A stretch of 64,000 nucleotides of DNA, from the NCBI GenBank assembly GCA_963674755.2, contig CAXXVS010000002.1, positions 1,024,001-1,088,000 on the forward strand, given 5' to 3'. The translations under genes were made by a program, and so were the position numbers. Below, one piece after another: positions 1-9,180 of this stretch. The DNA is from Desulfobacterales bacterium. GTDB lineage: Bacteria > Desulfobacterota > Desulfobacteria > Desulfobacterales > UBA5852. Below the pieces are notes generated by a model. That model was given only the letters and a program-made list of their open reading frames with translations. It did not search any database and had not been told where the DNA came from. Positions within the stretch are counted from its first letter, which is position 1. Every line of letters starts with the position of its first letter.

Positions 1-182
1 ATAATAGTAACAGCAGATGCTTGGCATGATAATCGCAGTCCGCCAAAAATTATTATTAACAAGGGTTTCTTGAAAAAATTCTTTAAAAAGGCCTTCTTGA
101 GAATCCACTTAACGACTTCTACATAGTTTTTGCCCTGGTTGTAATATCGACGAATAAATTGGTATATATCGAAGTCAGTCAT
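1..182 (-). CDS. N-terminal part of a probable membrane protein (runs off window edge)
   Basis: ATG at 182, 2 nt after the GT4 stop; frame open to position 1 (MTDFDIYQFIRRYYNQGKNYVEVVKWILKKAFLKNFFKKPLLIIIFGGLRL...). Confidence 0.5.
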   Translation of the reverse strand, partial: MTDFDIYQFIRRYYNQGKNYVEVVKWILKKAFLKNFFKKPLLIIIFGGLRLSCQASAVTI

Positions 183-184
183 AC

Positions 185-1567
185 TTAACGAATCAAATCT
201 TCCCAAATGTCAGCCACCTTATCAGTTTTATAACCGTTAATAAGATCTCTATGCCTTTTTCCCATTAAAAGGCGCTTCTTATCGTTAATTGCCATATCGT
301 ATATATTATTAGCTAACTCAGAAACGTTACCGTTTTTAAAAATCAGTCCATTGTATTCATGCTTAATCAGTTCAAGTGGGCCAGGAGAAGCGTTGCTAAC
401 AATTGCGGGGATACCAAAACACATTGCTTCCAGTAAAACATTAGGGGTGCCTTCATATTTTGATGTAAGAGAATAAATAGAAGCTATTCTGAAATAGGGT
501 GCTAGATTTTTTTTGTATCCAGTGAAAAAAACTTTGTTCTCTAAATATAAATCTTTAGTAAGTATCTCCAGCTCAGATTTCTGTGGCCCATCTCCAATTA
601 TATAGATTTTCCAATCTGGTAAGTTTTGGTGAATTTGTGAAAAAGCCTTAATAAGCAGGTCAATACATTTTTGTTCAACTAAACGACCAACTGACAAAAT
701 TATTTTTTTTCTATGACATTCTAAATCACATTCGATATTGAATGTTAATGGATTTGGAACAAAGAATAGATTTTTTTTTGGCACAAAATTTGTTAATGCT
801 TCTATTGCGCCACAGCTATTAGCAGTGACGATATCTGCATATTTATACAGTTTTTTTCTCAGAAATTCCCAAGGTTCATCTAACGACTGTCGACTAGGGT
901 CATTTCGTTCCGAAATTATTACCTTACTATTTTTTATCCCATGACATGCAATGATAGTTTTTATATTAGTCGCGCCTAGAAAGCTGATTATACATTGATG
1001 TTCAGTATTACGAACCAAGTTTCTAATCCTACGTATTCTCCGATAATCTCCCATAAATATTAGAAAATATATTTTACTGCAAATTTTTAAAACAAAATCG
1101 TCAGAAATATTAAATACCAAAATAATTTTTCGTGCTATATTTACTCCTATATTTTTATATATATATTTTAATACTTTATTTTTTAAAATATATAAAACAA
1201 AAATTGGTAATAGAAAACATTTCCGAATGAATTTCAAAGTAATGTATCGAGATAACAGATGGGTCTCACTGGGAGGTTTAAATGTATCTTTCCTATGCAA
1301 TTTTAAATTCGTAAATAGTTTAGTTATTTTTTCATTTGATTTTATTATATCTCGTATAATAGACATATTCTGATTATTATCAATAACAATTCTATCTATT
1401 TCTTTTCGTAATTTAAATATATCTGGTTTATCTCGAATTAAAGTGATCAAACAAATTTTTTTATTTTTTTTTTCTGCCCAATAATTTAATAAGTTTGCTG
1501 TTACACGTTGTGAACCTCCTTTACCCATATGCGCTATGAAGAATAAAATATCATACTTTTTTTTCAT
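185..1567 (-). CDS. GT4 family glycosyltransferase (PglJ/PglH-like)
   Basis: GKGGSQRV N-terminal motif, ISERN, SVGRLVEQK, YEGTPNVLLEAM (E-x7-E); start moved to MKKKYDILFF at 1567. Confidence 0.9.
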   Translation of the reverse strand: MKKKYDILFFIAHMGKGGSQRVTANLLNYWAEKKNKKICLITLIRDKPDIFKLRKEIDRIVIDNNQNMSIIRDIIKSNEKITKLFTNLKLHRKDTFKPPSETHLLSRYITLKFIRKCFLLPIFVLYILKNKVLKYIYKNIGVNIARKIILVFNISDDFVLKICSKIYFLIFMGDYRRIRRIRNLVRNTEHQCIISFLGATNIKTIIACHGIKNSKVIISERNDPSRQSLDEPWEFLRKKLYKYADIVTANSCGAIEALTNFVPKKNLFFVPNPLTFNIECDLECHRKKIILSVGRLVEQKCIDLLIKAFSQIHQNLPDWKIYIIGDGPQKSELEILTKDLYLENKVFFTGYKKNLAPYFRIASIYSLTSKYEGTPNVLLEAMCFGIPAIVSNASPGPLELIKHEYNGLIFKNGNVSELANNIYDMAINDKKRLLMGKRHRDLINGYKTDKVADIWEDLIR

Positions 1568-1665
1568 ACAAATACACCTCTGAATTTGAATTCCCAGTTG
1601 CTTCAATGGGGATGAATATGAATAATAAGGCCGTTGCAAGGTGCGTGGCTGACGCTTGATAAATC

Positions 1666-2589
1666 TTATGATATGTTGTAGTTTTTTAACCTTCCGATGC
1701 AAAATACATGCTGAGTAGTAAGGTCTCTTTTAGAATATTTATCATATTTTTTAAGAATTTCATTTGTTAATCTATTAACGCCTTCTTTATCTTTTGAACA
1801 AATTTCATTCCACATTTCTATATCAAAATATTTATTGGTTAATTCAAATAATTGATCAATTTTAATTTTATTCAATTTCATTGAAAGCTTATCGTCGTAA
1901 GTGTTTGCAAACCTTAAATGTCCCCAATCGATATATTCAAGCTGTTTTTTATCATTAAGATTAATATCGTTAATTGTCTTTGGCATTTGATGATGTCCAT
2001 TCCAACAAAAGTAGTTATGATGATTATATAGAATTTTACCATCTTCTTTTAATCTGTTTGTTATACCTTCAAAAACTTGTTCTAAATTGTGAAGATGCTC
2101 AGTTACATTATGTAAAATTGCTATATCAAATTTTTTATTTGGTGCAATATCTTCAAAAATACCTTCGATAAATTGCACTGTTGGAAACTGATTCATTATG
2201 TCATTTGGAGTCCACCCAAATTTTTCAAATTTTCTTTTTCGTAAATTTTTTCCTCTGTCATCATAATAATTAATTTTTGGATCTAAGCCAGTATAGCTTT
2301 TAACCCCATAAACATAATATCCAATGGAGTGTAATCCCGTGCCGCATCCCACATCCAAAACATCTTTTTCGACGATATGATACGATATTTTTTTAGGCCA
2401 CGCTAAATAACCAAATTTAAGTGCTCTTTTTATGATTTCTAATTGATTTTTTGATTCATTATTAATTTTTAAAGTTCCAATTTCTATCCGATCACGCAAT
2501 TCGTTTTCGAAAGGTAAAAGTATCTTATTAAGTATAGTAATCCGTTTCATAAATTTTAAAATAGATTTTAAATCTTTTACAGGTACCAT
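1666..2589 (-). CDS. class I SAM-dependent methyltransferase
   Basis: VLDVGCGTG motif I, FDIAILHNVTEH, LKEDG. Confidence 0.85.
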   Translation of the reverse strand: MVPVKDLKSILKFMKRITILNKILLPFENELRDRIEIGTLKINNESKNQLEIIKRALKFGYLAWPKKISYHIVEKDVLDVGCGTGLHSIGYYVYGVKSYTGLDPKINYYDDRGKNLRKRKFEKFGWTPNDIMNQFPTVQFIEGIFEDIAPNKKFDIAILHNVTEHLHNLEQVFEGITNRLKEDGKILYNHHNYFCWNGHHQMPKTINDINLNDKKQLEYIDWGHLRFANTYDDKLSMKLNKIKIDQLFELTNKYFDIEMWNEICSKDKEGVNRLTNEILKKYDKYSKRDLTTQHVFCIGRLKNYNIS

Positions 2590-2702
2590 AATTCTATTCT
2601 AAACCCTCCATGCTCAAATCAAAATTCTTAATTGTGCGATATTTTATTAATAAAACAGATAGTTTTTCCATTTGGATTGTACCTGTTTAGATATGAGTAT
2701 TC

Positions 2703-3380
2703 TCATGATAAATATCCATAACGTAGAAGTCCTGAATACTCGACTTGAATTACTTTATGTTTTAATTCATTGTCCCATGTGATTGGAATTTTTGGTTTAG
2801 GACTGACTCCGACTCTTTTATAATTAAATATTAAATCCTTATTGCATTTAATTTGCATTCTATTTAGAATATCCACCAAATCATTTCTTAGATTTTCCTG
2901 CCGCCCGATGTAACTTATCTCTCTTTTTGTATAAAATCCATACAGATGTGAAACATATCCTGGGTAGGTCTTCAAAACATTCTTTAAAAATTGGTTAAAA
3001 TTATTGCTTCCTGCGCCGTTTATCAATGAATTAGGATGCCAATCAAAATCACCTACTCTGCTTGGCCAATCTCGCCATTCTCTTTTTGGTTGTGACATGT
3101 ATTTAAACCAAGATTCATACCATTTTAAAGGATGCCTTACAAAACAAAAAATAAAAGGGTATTGATATTCTTTACTGGATTTAAAATTAAACTTTTTTTT
3201 GAGAAAATCTGAAAAAGATAGATTTATAGCGCGATCGTATAACACGCGATCAACATCTGCGTGTTTATGTCCAATTTCTTTGTCAACCAAATCGAGCTTC
3301 GTTAAAATTTCTCTCACCCAATTGCCGCCTGTTTTGGGTATGTGTAAAAAGATTGACCCATTTTTTAATAGAAGTGCCAT
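2703..3380 (-). CDS. sulfotransferase family 2-like protein
   Basis: FLHIPKTGG (5'-PSB loop), FCFVRHPLKWYESWF (3'-PB motif), IGRQENL; start MALLLK at 3380. Confidence 0.8.
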   Translation of the reverse strand: MALLLKNGSIFLHIPKTGGNWVREILTKLDLVDKEIGHKHADVDRVLYDRAINLSFSDFLKKKFNFKSSKEYQYPFIFCFVRHPLKWYESWFKYMSQPKREWRDWPSRVGDFDWHPNSLINGAGSNNFNQFLKNVLKTYPGYVSHLYGFYTKREISYIGRQENLRNDLVDILNRMQIKCNKDLIFNYKRVGVSPKPKIPITWDNELKHKVIQVEYSGLLRYGYLS

Positions 3381-3384
3381 ACAC

Positions 3385-4146
3385 TTACCTCTTTTCAGCA
3401 ATTACGAGTAGCATATGAGAACAAATATGTTTTGATATTTTATCGATTCTTTTACCCCACAACCTATAACTTACCGAGTCACTTCGTTTTTCCAAAGGGT
3501 TTTTTAAAAATTTCAAAAATGGTAACTCATTTTTAATAAAAACATGGCTATGATGGGGGAATGTTGATTGAATCTCAAATCCAATTTTATTTAATATATT
3601 GGCAATATGACTTAAAGAAAACGCGTATTGATAAAATACATAATCGTTTTTATATTTATATCTATTGATGAATTTTACTATAGGGGATTTCATTCTTCTG
3701 ATAAGATTATAGTATGGAAAAGTTAGAAAAATAGTACCACCACGATTGAGCACACGTTTTGCTTCTTCCAATGATCTATCTGGGCCTTCCTCAAAGTGTT
3801 CTATAACGCCTAATGATATTAGAAGATTTACACAATTATCTGGCAAAGGGATTCCATTAATATCGCTAATAATAAGATTTAATATCGGATATTGGTGTTT
3901 GCAATTCAAAATTGCTTTTTCAGAAATATCGACCCCTAAAACATTCTTACCCATTTCATTAATAGTATATACAAATTGTCCCATACCGCATCCAGCCTCA
4001 AGAATTAAGGCATTATTTGCGATATTATTTGTTAATTTTTCCAGGATTGGCCACCAAGCTTTCTTTTTTGAATTTATAATTTGTTTTAATAAATTACGAT
4101 TTGACCATTGTTCTTCCCAATGATCTTTATGCGACTTTTTGGGCAT
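3385..4146 (-). CDS. class I SAM-dependent methyltransferase
   Basis: ILEAGCGMG, GVDIS, GVIEHF, RVLNRGG; start probably MPKK at 4146 because the longer ORF runs into mobile-element debris. Confidence 0.85.
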   Translation of the reverse strand: MPKKSHKDHWEEQWSNRNLLKQIINSKKKAWWPILEKLTNNIANNALILEAGCGMGQFVYTINEMGKNVLGVDISEKAILNCKHQYPILNLIISDINGIPLPDNCVNLLISLGVIEHFEEGPDRSLEEAKRVLNRGGTIFLTFPYYNLIRRMKSPIVKFINRYKYKNDYVFYQYAFSLSHIANILNKIGFEIQSTFPHHSHVFIKNELPFLKFLKNPLEKRSDSVSYRLWGKRIDKISKHICSHMLLVIAEKR

Positions 4147-4346
4147 CAAATATGTGTATTTAGAGGATAACATACTTAGAATCCTTATAAAATTAAAAGT
4201 TGAATTCCCTGTTGTTTGAAGCGAGGATGGATCAGAAATCAGATCACCCACAGTGGTGGATGCAATCATGGAAAACGCGCTGCAGTGCGTCGGCTTGTCA
4301 AAGAACAAATTGGTGATCGCTAAATCCTGATCCCGAAAGTTGAGGA

Positions 4347-4517
4347 TATAACTCAACTCTCGGGATTCAGTTTGAGCCTTTTAAAATCAACGGGTTACGC
4401 GCTTAAAATTATGTATTTTGTGTAATTTGAAATGGTACTCTTAGCTCTTTTATAAGCATAACATACTGTAATTATATAAGAATAAATCTTTTGGTGAATC
4501 CCGAAAGTTGAGTTATA
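4347..4517. mobile_element. MITE-like non-autonomous element, 171 bp, 23-bp terminal inverted repeats
   Basis: TATAACTCAACTCTCGGGATTCA (4347-4369) vs TGAATCCCGAAAGTTGAGTTATA (4495-4517), 22/23 complementary; AT-rich interior with no ORF in the track; extra right-end copy ATCCCGAAAGTTGAG at 4330-4344. Confidence 0.7.
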
Positions 4518-4519
4518 AG

Positions 4520-6400
4520 CTACATATTAGCTTCAGTTTCAAGAATAGGGAACAATTTTCGCCCAACAAGTTCTGATCCTTCCCGAGTCAAATGATGCGC
4601 ATCCCATTGTAGTGGGACATCGTTCATTGTTAATGGGCAATCCAAACCATTACACATTAGTTGGATTATCGATATGTATTTTGCGCCACTCATGTCTATT
4701 GTTCCGTCTCTCATTTCGTGATCGATCAAAATAGTTTTTTGATCAAAATATTCTTTTGATTTAGTAGCTTTGCCATCGAATATATTTTTAATAAGTATCT
4801 CAGGCAATGGTTTATTGTATTTAATTGGGGGACCTAATACTATTACTTTTATTCCTTCTGAAACTAATGTTTTGATTGTCTGTTCCAGAAAGGGTTTATA
4901 ATATTTAGAATGGCTGCGCCATTGTCCAGTTAGAACTACCAGCGAAGGGGGGTGTTCGACGATATAAGCATGAACGGCGTTGTTTCTCTCTTTACAATAA
5001 GGGCGTGATATCTTTTGGGGATCTAAATCCAGGGCCGCGGGGCATCCGCCAGCACAAGCCTGTATAATATCAAAATCTGTACCTTGTGCGGCCAATTTCA
5101 ATCCATGTACATAGTGGGCACCGACACTATCACCCCATATTAAAATACTCCGCTTTCCGGGTTTAGGAATTAAACACTCGGAAATTGGAAATTCATTCCA
5201 ATTGGCTTCTGAAAAACACTCTCCCCCGTAAATATATTTCCGATCTTCGTAGTCCGAATATTTCGCCAGTTTAATAGCATTTTGAGGCAAACGAAACATC
5301 ATTCCTTCCGTATCAATTGAAATAATTCCAAAACTTAATATAATTATTATTGTAACGCATCCTGCTATTGCCTTGTTTTTTAACTTTGCATTGGGCGTTT
5401 TCCGAAAAGGCTGTTCTATATATCGATAGGATATATATGAAATAACTATCAAGAAAATAAAACACCAAAAATATGTTCCTTTAGAAACTTTTTCGCTAAT
5501 AAGTATTACTGCAATCGGCCAATGCCATAAATACATTGAATAAGATATTTTGCCTACTCCAACCATAAACTTGTTAGTCAGCAGAGCTCTACAAATGAAT
5601 GGCGCATTTGTCCCTCCTAAAATAATAAACCCGGCTCCTACAGTAGGCGGTACAGCAGTAAAACCCGGGAATAGAATTTCTGAATTATATGTAAAAATTG
5701 AATATAGAATAAGACCCAATCCAATAGTTACGTATGCTAAAGAAATATTTTTTTTCTTAGAAATTAGGCCTGGAATAAGCACAATGATTGCTCCAAGCAA
5801 TAATTCCCACGCTCGAGTTGGAAGAATATAAAAAGTTAATTGACGGTTGTAATTAATAAGCATAATACTAGCTATTAAGGAGAGTACAAATATAAAAACA
5901 GTAGTAAAAGTGATAACTCTCTTTTTAAACTTTGAAATGAGTAATAGAAATATTGGGAAAAGTAAGTAAAATTGTTCTTCAATAGATAGCGACCACATAT
6001 GTAACAAATGCAAATCATGTGCATCTGGCCCGAAATAATCTAATTCAGATAAGAAAAAAAAGTTTGAAACAAATAGAATCGTTGAAATAATACTTTTTGA
6101 AAGAAGGATTAACTTATCAGGGAGTAATTTAAAAAAACCATAAACAGAAAGTAGTATGAGGACAGGCAAAAATGCTGGAATTATTCTTTTTGCACGCCTT
6201 AGATAAAAATTTTTGAATGTAAATTTATTCTGTTCGATTTCACTTTTTATAATGCTAGTAATTAAGAAGCCTGATATAACAAAGAAAATATCGACACCTA
6301 CAAATCCCCCGTCGAACCCCTTAACCCTAAAATGAAAAAGCACGATGGGCAAAACGGCGATTGCTCTTAGTCCATCTATATCAGGCCTATATTTTATCAT
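4520..6400 (-). CDS. O-acyltransferase, acyltransferase-3 membrane domain plus C-terminal SGNH domain (OafA-like)
   Basis: RPDIDGLRAIAV, GVDIFFVISGFLIT, HMWSLSIEEQFY, GKISYSMYLWHWP, WGDS, DAHHL. Confidence 0.92.
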   Translation of the reverse strand: MIKYRPDIDGLRAIAVLPIVLFHFRVKGFDGGFVGVDIFFVISGFLITSIIKSEIEQNKFTFKNFYLRRAKRIIPAFLPVLILLSVYGFFKLLPDKLILLSKSIISTILFVSNFFFLSELDYFGPDAHDLHLLHMWSLSIEEQFYLLFPIFLLLISKFKKRVITFTTVFIFVLSLIASIMLINYNRQLTFYILPTRAWELLLGAIIVLIPGLISKKKNISLAYVTIGLGLILYSIFTYNSEILFPGFTAVPPTVGAGFIILGGTNAPFICRALLTNKFMVGVGKISYSMYLWHWPIAVILISEKVSKGTYFWCFIFLIVISYISYRYIEQPFRKTPNAKLKNKAIAGCVTIIIILSFGIISIDTEGMMFRLPQNAIKLAKYSDYEDRKYIYGGECFSEANWNEFPISECLIPKPGKRSILIWGDSVGAHYVHGLKLAAQGTDFDIIQACAGGCPAALDLDPQKISRPYCKERNNAVHAYIVEHPPSLVVLTGQWRSHSKYYKPFLEQTIKTLVSEGIKVIVLGPPIKYNKPLPEILIKNIFDGKATKSKEYFDQKTILIDHEMRDGTIDMSGAKYISIIQLMCNGLDCPLTMNDVPLQWDAHHLTREGSELVGRKLFPILETEANM

Positions 6401-7115
6401 TTGGCAAAAATGAGCCTTTCTGTAAAACTCAAGACAAAATCTTGTAAACCGTTTACATTATCTCAGATGTTGCAGTAGTAATTTAGGATTGTGTAAAGAA
6501 TCCGCGCTAAAAGGAGGCGGCCCCTGCCCCTGCAGCATTCGAGAGGCATCCGGATCGGCTTAAGAACAAAGAACCAATCCTTTGTACCCTATACATCAAG
6601 ATTTAAGGGGAAAAAAGGAATTTAATCGTCAACGGCAGGAGAATGAATTAAATTGAGATTAGAGAATTTTTCAGGCCTCAAAAATCAAGGCGTTCATGAA
6701 TCGAATGGGGTTCACAGTGAGGAAATAAATGGCTTTATCGTTTCCCTGCTTCAAAAAGCATTGGAAAGATCTTCATGCGCATCGTTCAACAAGTAGTTCA
6801 TGCCACCAAGATCACTTGATAAGACATCAAGTGGGATATGGACCCGCTCTCGGAACATTTCTTTACTTGAGCTTTCCAGAGAACCGCTAAAATTATAGCT
6901 GCACAAGTTGAGTTTGTTGTAGAAATTTCCCTTAAGCATAAAATCGATAATTGCGCATAATGAAGGTCACTCTTTCATTATGATTTGGAGAGCTTGATAT
7001 AGTTGATCTTATACGTAACTATCCTGCGTTTCAGTCAGCACTGTGAAGCGCATCACCCAGGCCCTATAGTGTAAGTGCGCCAATCTCGGCAAGTTGAAAG
7101 AAATCCTAACAAAAA

Positions 7116-9020
7116 TTTGATGGCCCCGTAAAAAGTCGTAATAGTCTATTCACCTGAATTTTTTAGTAAAACGCCCGATTACTTCTTGTGTATTTCTTCT
7201 TGCTATGCTACAGGATAGCTAACAATAACAGAGGCTTATCCTGGAGATCGCATGCTTCGCATCAAAGACCACAAACAGCAACATCTCTTCGACCCGTGGG
7301 CCTATTTGAGCCCCAAACGGCGGCGGATGCTCGAAGACGGCTGGCCCGGGTTGTTCCGCCAGCATCTGCTCGGAGAACTTCCCGTCGATCTGTTAAAATC
7401 CTTCTTCACTGAAGCCATAGGGCGGCCCACCAAGGAACTGCATACCCTGCTGGGAGTGATGCTTTTCCAGCAAACCATGGATTTAAACGATGTCGAGGCC
7501 GTCGAGCAGCTGGCCTACAACCTCCAGTGGCATTACGCCCTGGACATTACCGAAGAAAGCGACGAGGCCAAATACGTCAGCGAAAAGACCCTGTGGTCGA
7601 CCCGCCAGCTGATGGCCGAAAATGGCATTGACGGGGTCATGTTCGAAAAGCTCACCGACAAATTGGCCAAAGTGTTCGGTGTAGATCCTTCCAACCAGCG
7701 CATCGACTCGGTACACATCCGCTCCAACATGCGCCGGCTGGGCCGTATTGCCATTTTCAGCCGCACGATCGCCAAGTTCCTGGTCAATCTCAAACGCCAC
7801 CACCGAGAGCTGTTCGATACGATCGCTTCTGATGTGATTGATCGTTACTGGGGTGAGAAGGCCCTATCCGCCTTTTCTCTGGTTAAACCCACGGAATCGG
7901 AAAAGACGTTAAAACGGGTCAGCAATGATCTGTTCGATCTGATCGAGGGCTTCAAGGACCAAACGGCGGTGGCTTTCATGCACAGCTACAAGCTCATGCA
8001 GCGGGTGCTCGCCGATCAATGCCATGTCGAGACCGATGCCGCCGGTGCCCCCTAAGTAACGATAAAGAAGCCGGCCGAGATCCCCTCCGACTCATTGCAA
8101 AACCCTTCGGACCCGGAGGCCACCTACAGCGGCCACAAGGGCCAGGGCTATCAGGTCCAGATCATGGAGAGCTTCAGCCGCAGTGAAGAGGCCAATGAAA
8201 AAGAGCAGGCGCTTAACCTGATTACCCATGTCGAAGTTCAACCCGCCTGCGAGAGCGATGCGGAGGCCGTGGTGCCGGCCATCGCCGATACCAAGATCCG
8301 GGGTGTGGGGCCCGATCAGTTGGTCGCCGACACTTTGTACGGCAGTGACAATAACCACCAGACGGCCCAAGTGGCCGATGTCGACCTTGTCGCCCCGACC
8401 CAGAAGGGCAATGAGTCCAAGCCGCTCACGGCGTTTAGCTTTAATGACAAGGGCTATGTCGAGACCTGTCCGGCGGGTCACGTTCCCGAGCAGGTGAAGC
8501 ACAAGAAGAAAACCGATCGTTACAGCGCGGCCTTCGATTCCACGCTTTGCCAGGGATGTCCGCATGCGGGTCATTGCCCGGTCAAGCCTGGGAAAAAGAA
8601 AAACTATCTGCGCTACAGCGGAAAGCAATATCGCCTATCGGTGCGTCGCAAGGCCGAGAAAAGCGAGGCTTTCATTGACACCTATCGCTGGCGGGCCGGT
8701 GTGGAGGCCACCATGAGCGAATATGATCGGCGCACCGGGGTCAAAAAGCTACGGGTTCGGGGCATGCCGGCGGTGCGCTTCTGTGCCAAAATGAAGGCCA
8801 CCGGGCTCAATCTGCTACGGGCGGCCCGGGTTCGCAGGGCCAGGATGAAGGCCGCAGAGGGTAATCCGGGCCTTGATCACCGTATTACGACTGCTGTTTA
8901 TCGTGTCAAAGAACGTTTACAGGCCGCTCTGGTGGAATTTGCCTTCGCTTGGACAAATTCGTCGGGAAGATATCCAGAAAGCTACAAATTGGCCGCCTGA
9001 TTTTTTACGCGGCCATCAAA
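7116..9020 (+). mobile_element. insertion sequence, probably IS1182 family
   Basis: TIRs TTTGATGGCCCCGTAAAAAGTC (7116-7137) and GATTTTTTACGCGGCCATCAAA (8999-9020), 20/22 match; GC-rich against its flanks; encloses a DDE transposase. Confidence 0.85.
7252..9000 (+). pseudogene. IS1182-like DDE transposase with one in-frame TAA (8053-8055)
   Basis: ORFs 7252-8055 and 8095-9000 share a frame; motifs GRP, RIDS, SDPEATY, VADTLYG, CPAG, CxxCP, YRWRAGVEATM. Confidence 0.85.
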
Positions 9021-9180
9021 GTTCTATGCGCGCATTGAGAAGCGGTGCAACCGGCCGGTCACTAAAGTTTCCGGAGATGGCTGCAAGGTCCCTGGCATTG
9101 CCGAATGCACAACCAAGAGTTTCTCATAATGCGCGCATCATGGGATAATGCGAATAAAATTTGAATGCAGTTTCTATTTA

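Noticed and set aside
6813..6833. FNR box
   Set aside because: Spacing is TTGAT-N5-ATCAA rather than N4.
6751..6939. 62-aa ORF
   Set aside because: No RBS, motif or operon context recognised.
8053..8055. Selenocysteine/pyrrolysine or programmed readthrough in the transposase
   Set aside because: The codon is TAA, not TGA or TAG; simple nonsense mutation is more likely.
9025..9150. dif/Xer-like or attC-like site (TTCTCATAATGCGCGCATCATG; also TGCGCATAATG near 6952)
   Set aside because: Only a partial XerC-like half matches; there is no TTATGTTAAAT XerD half and no integrase nearby.
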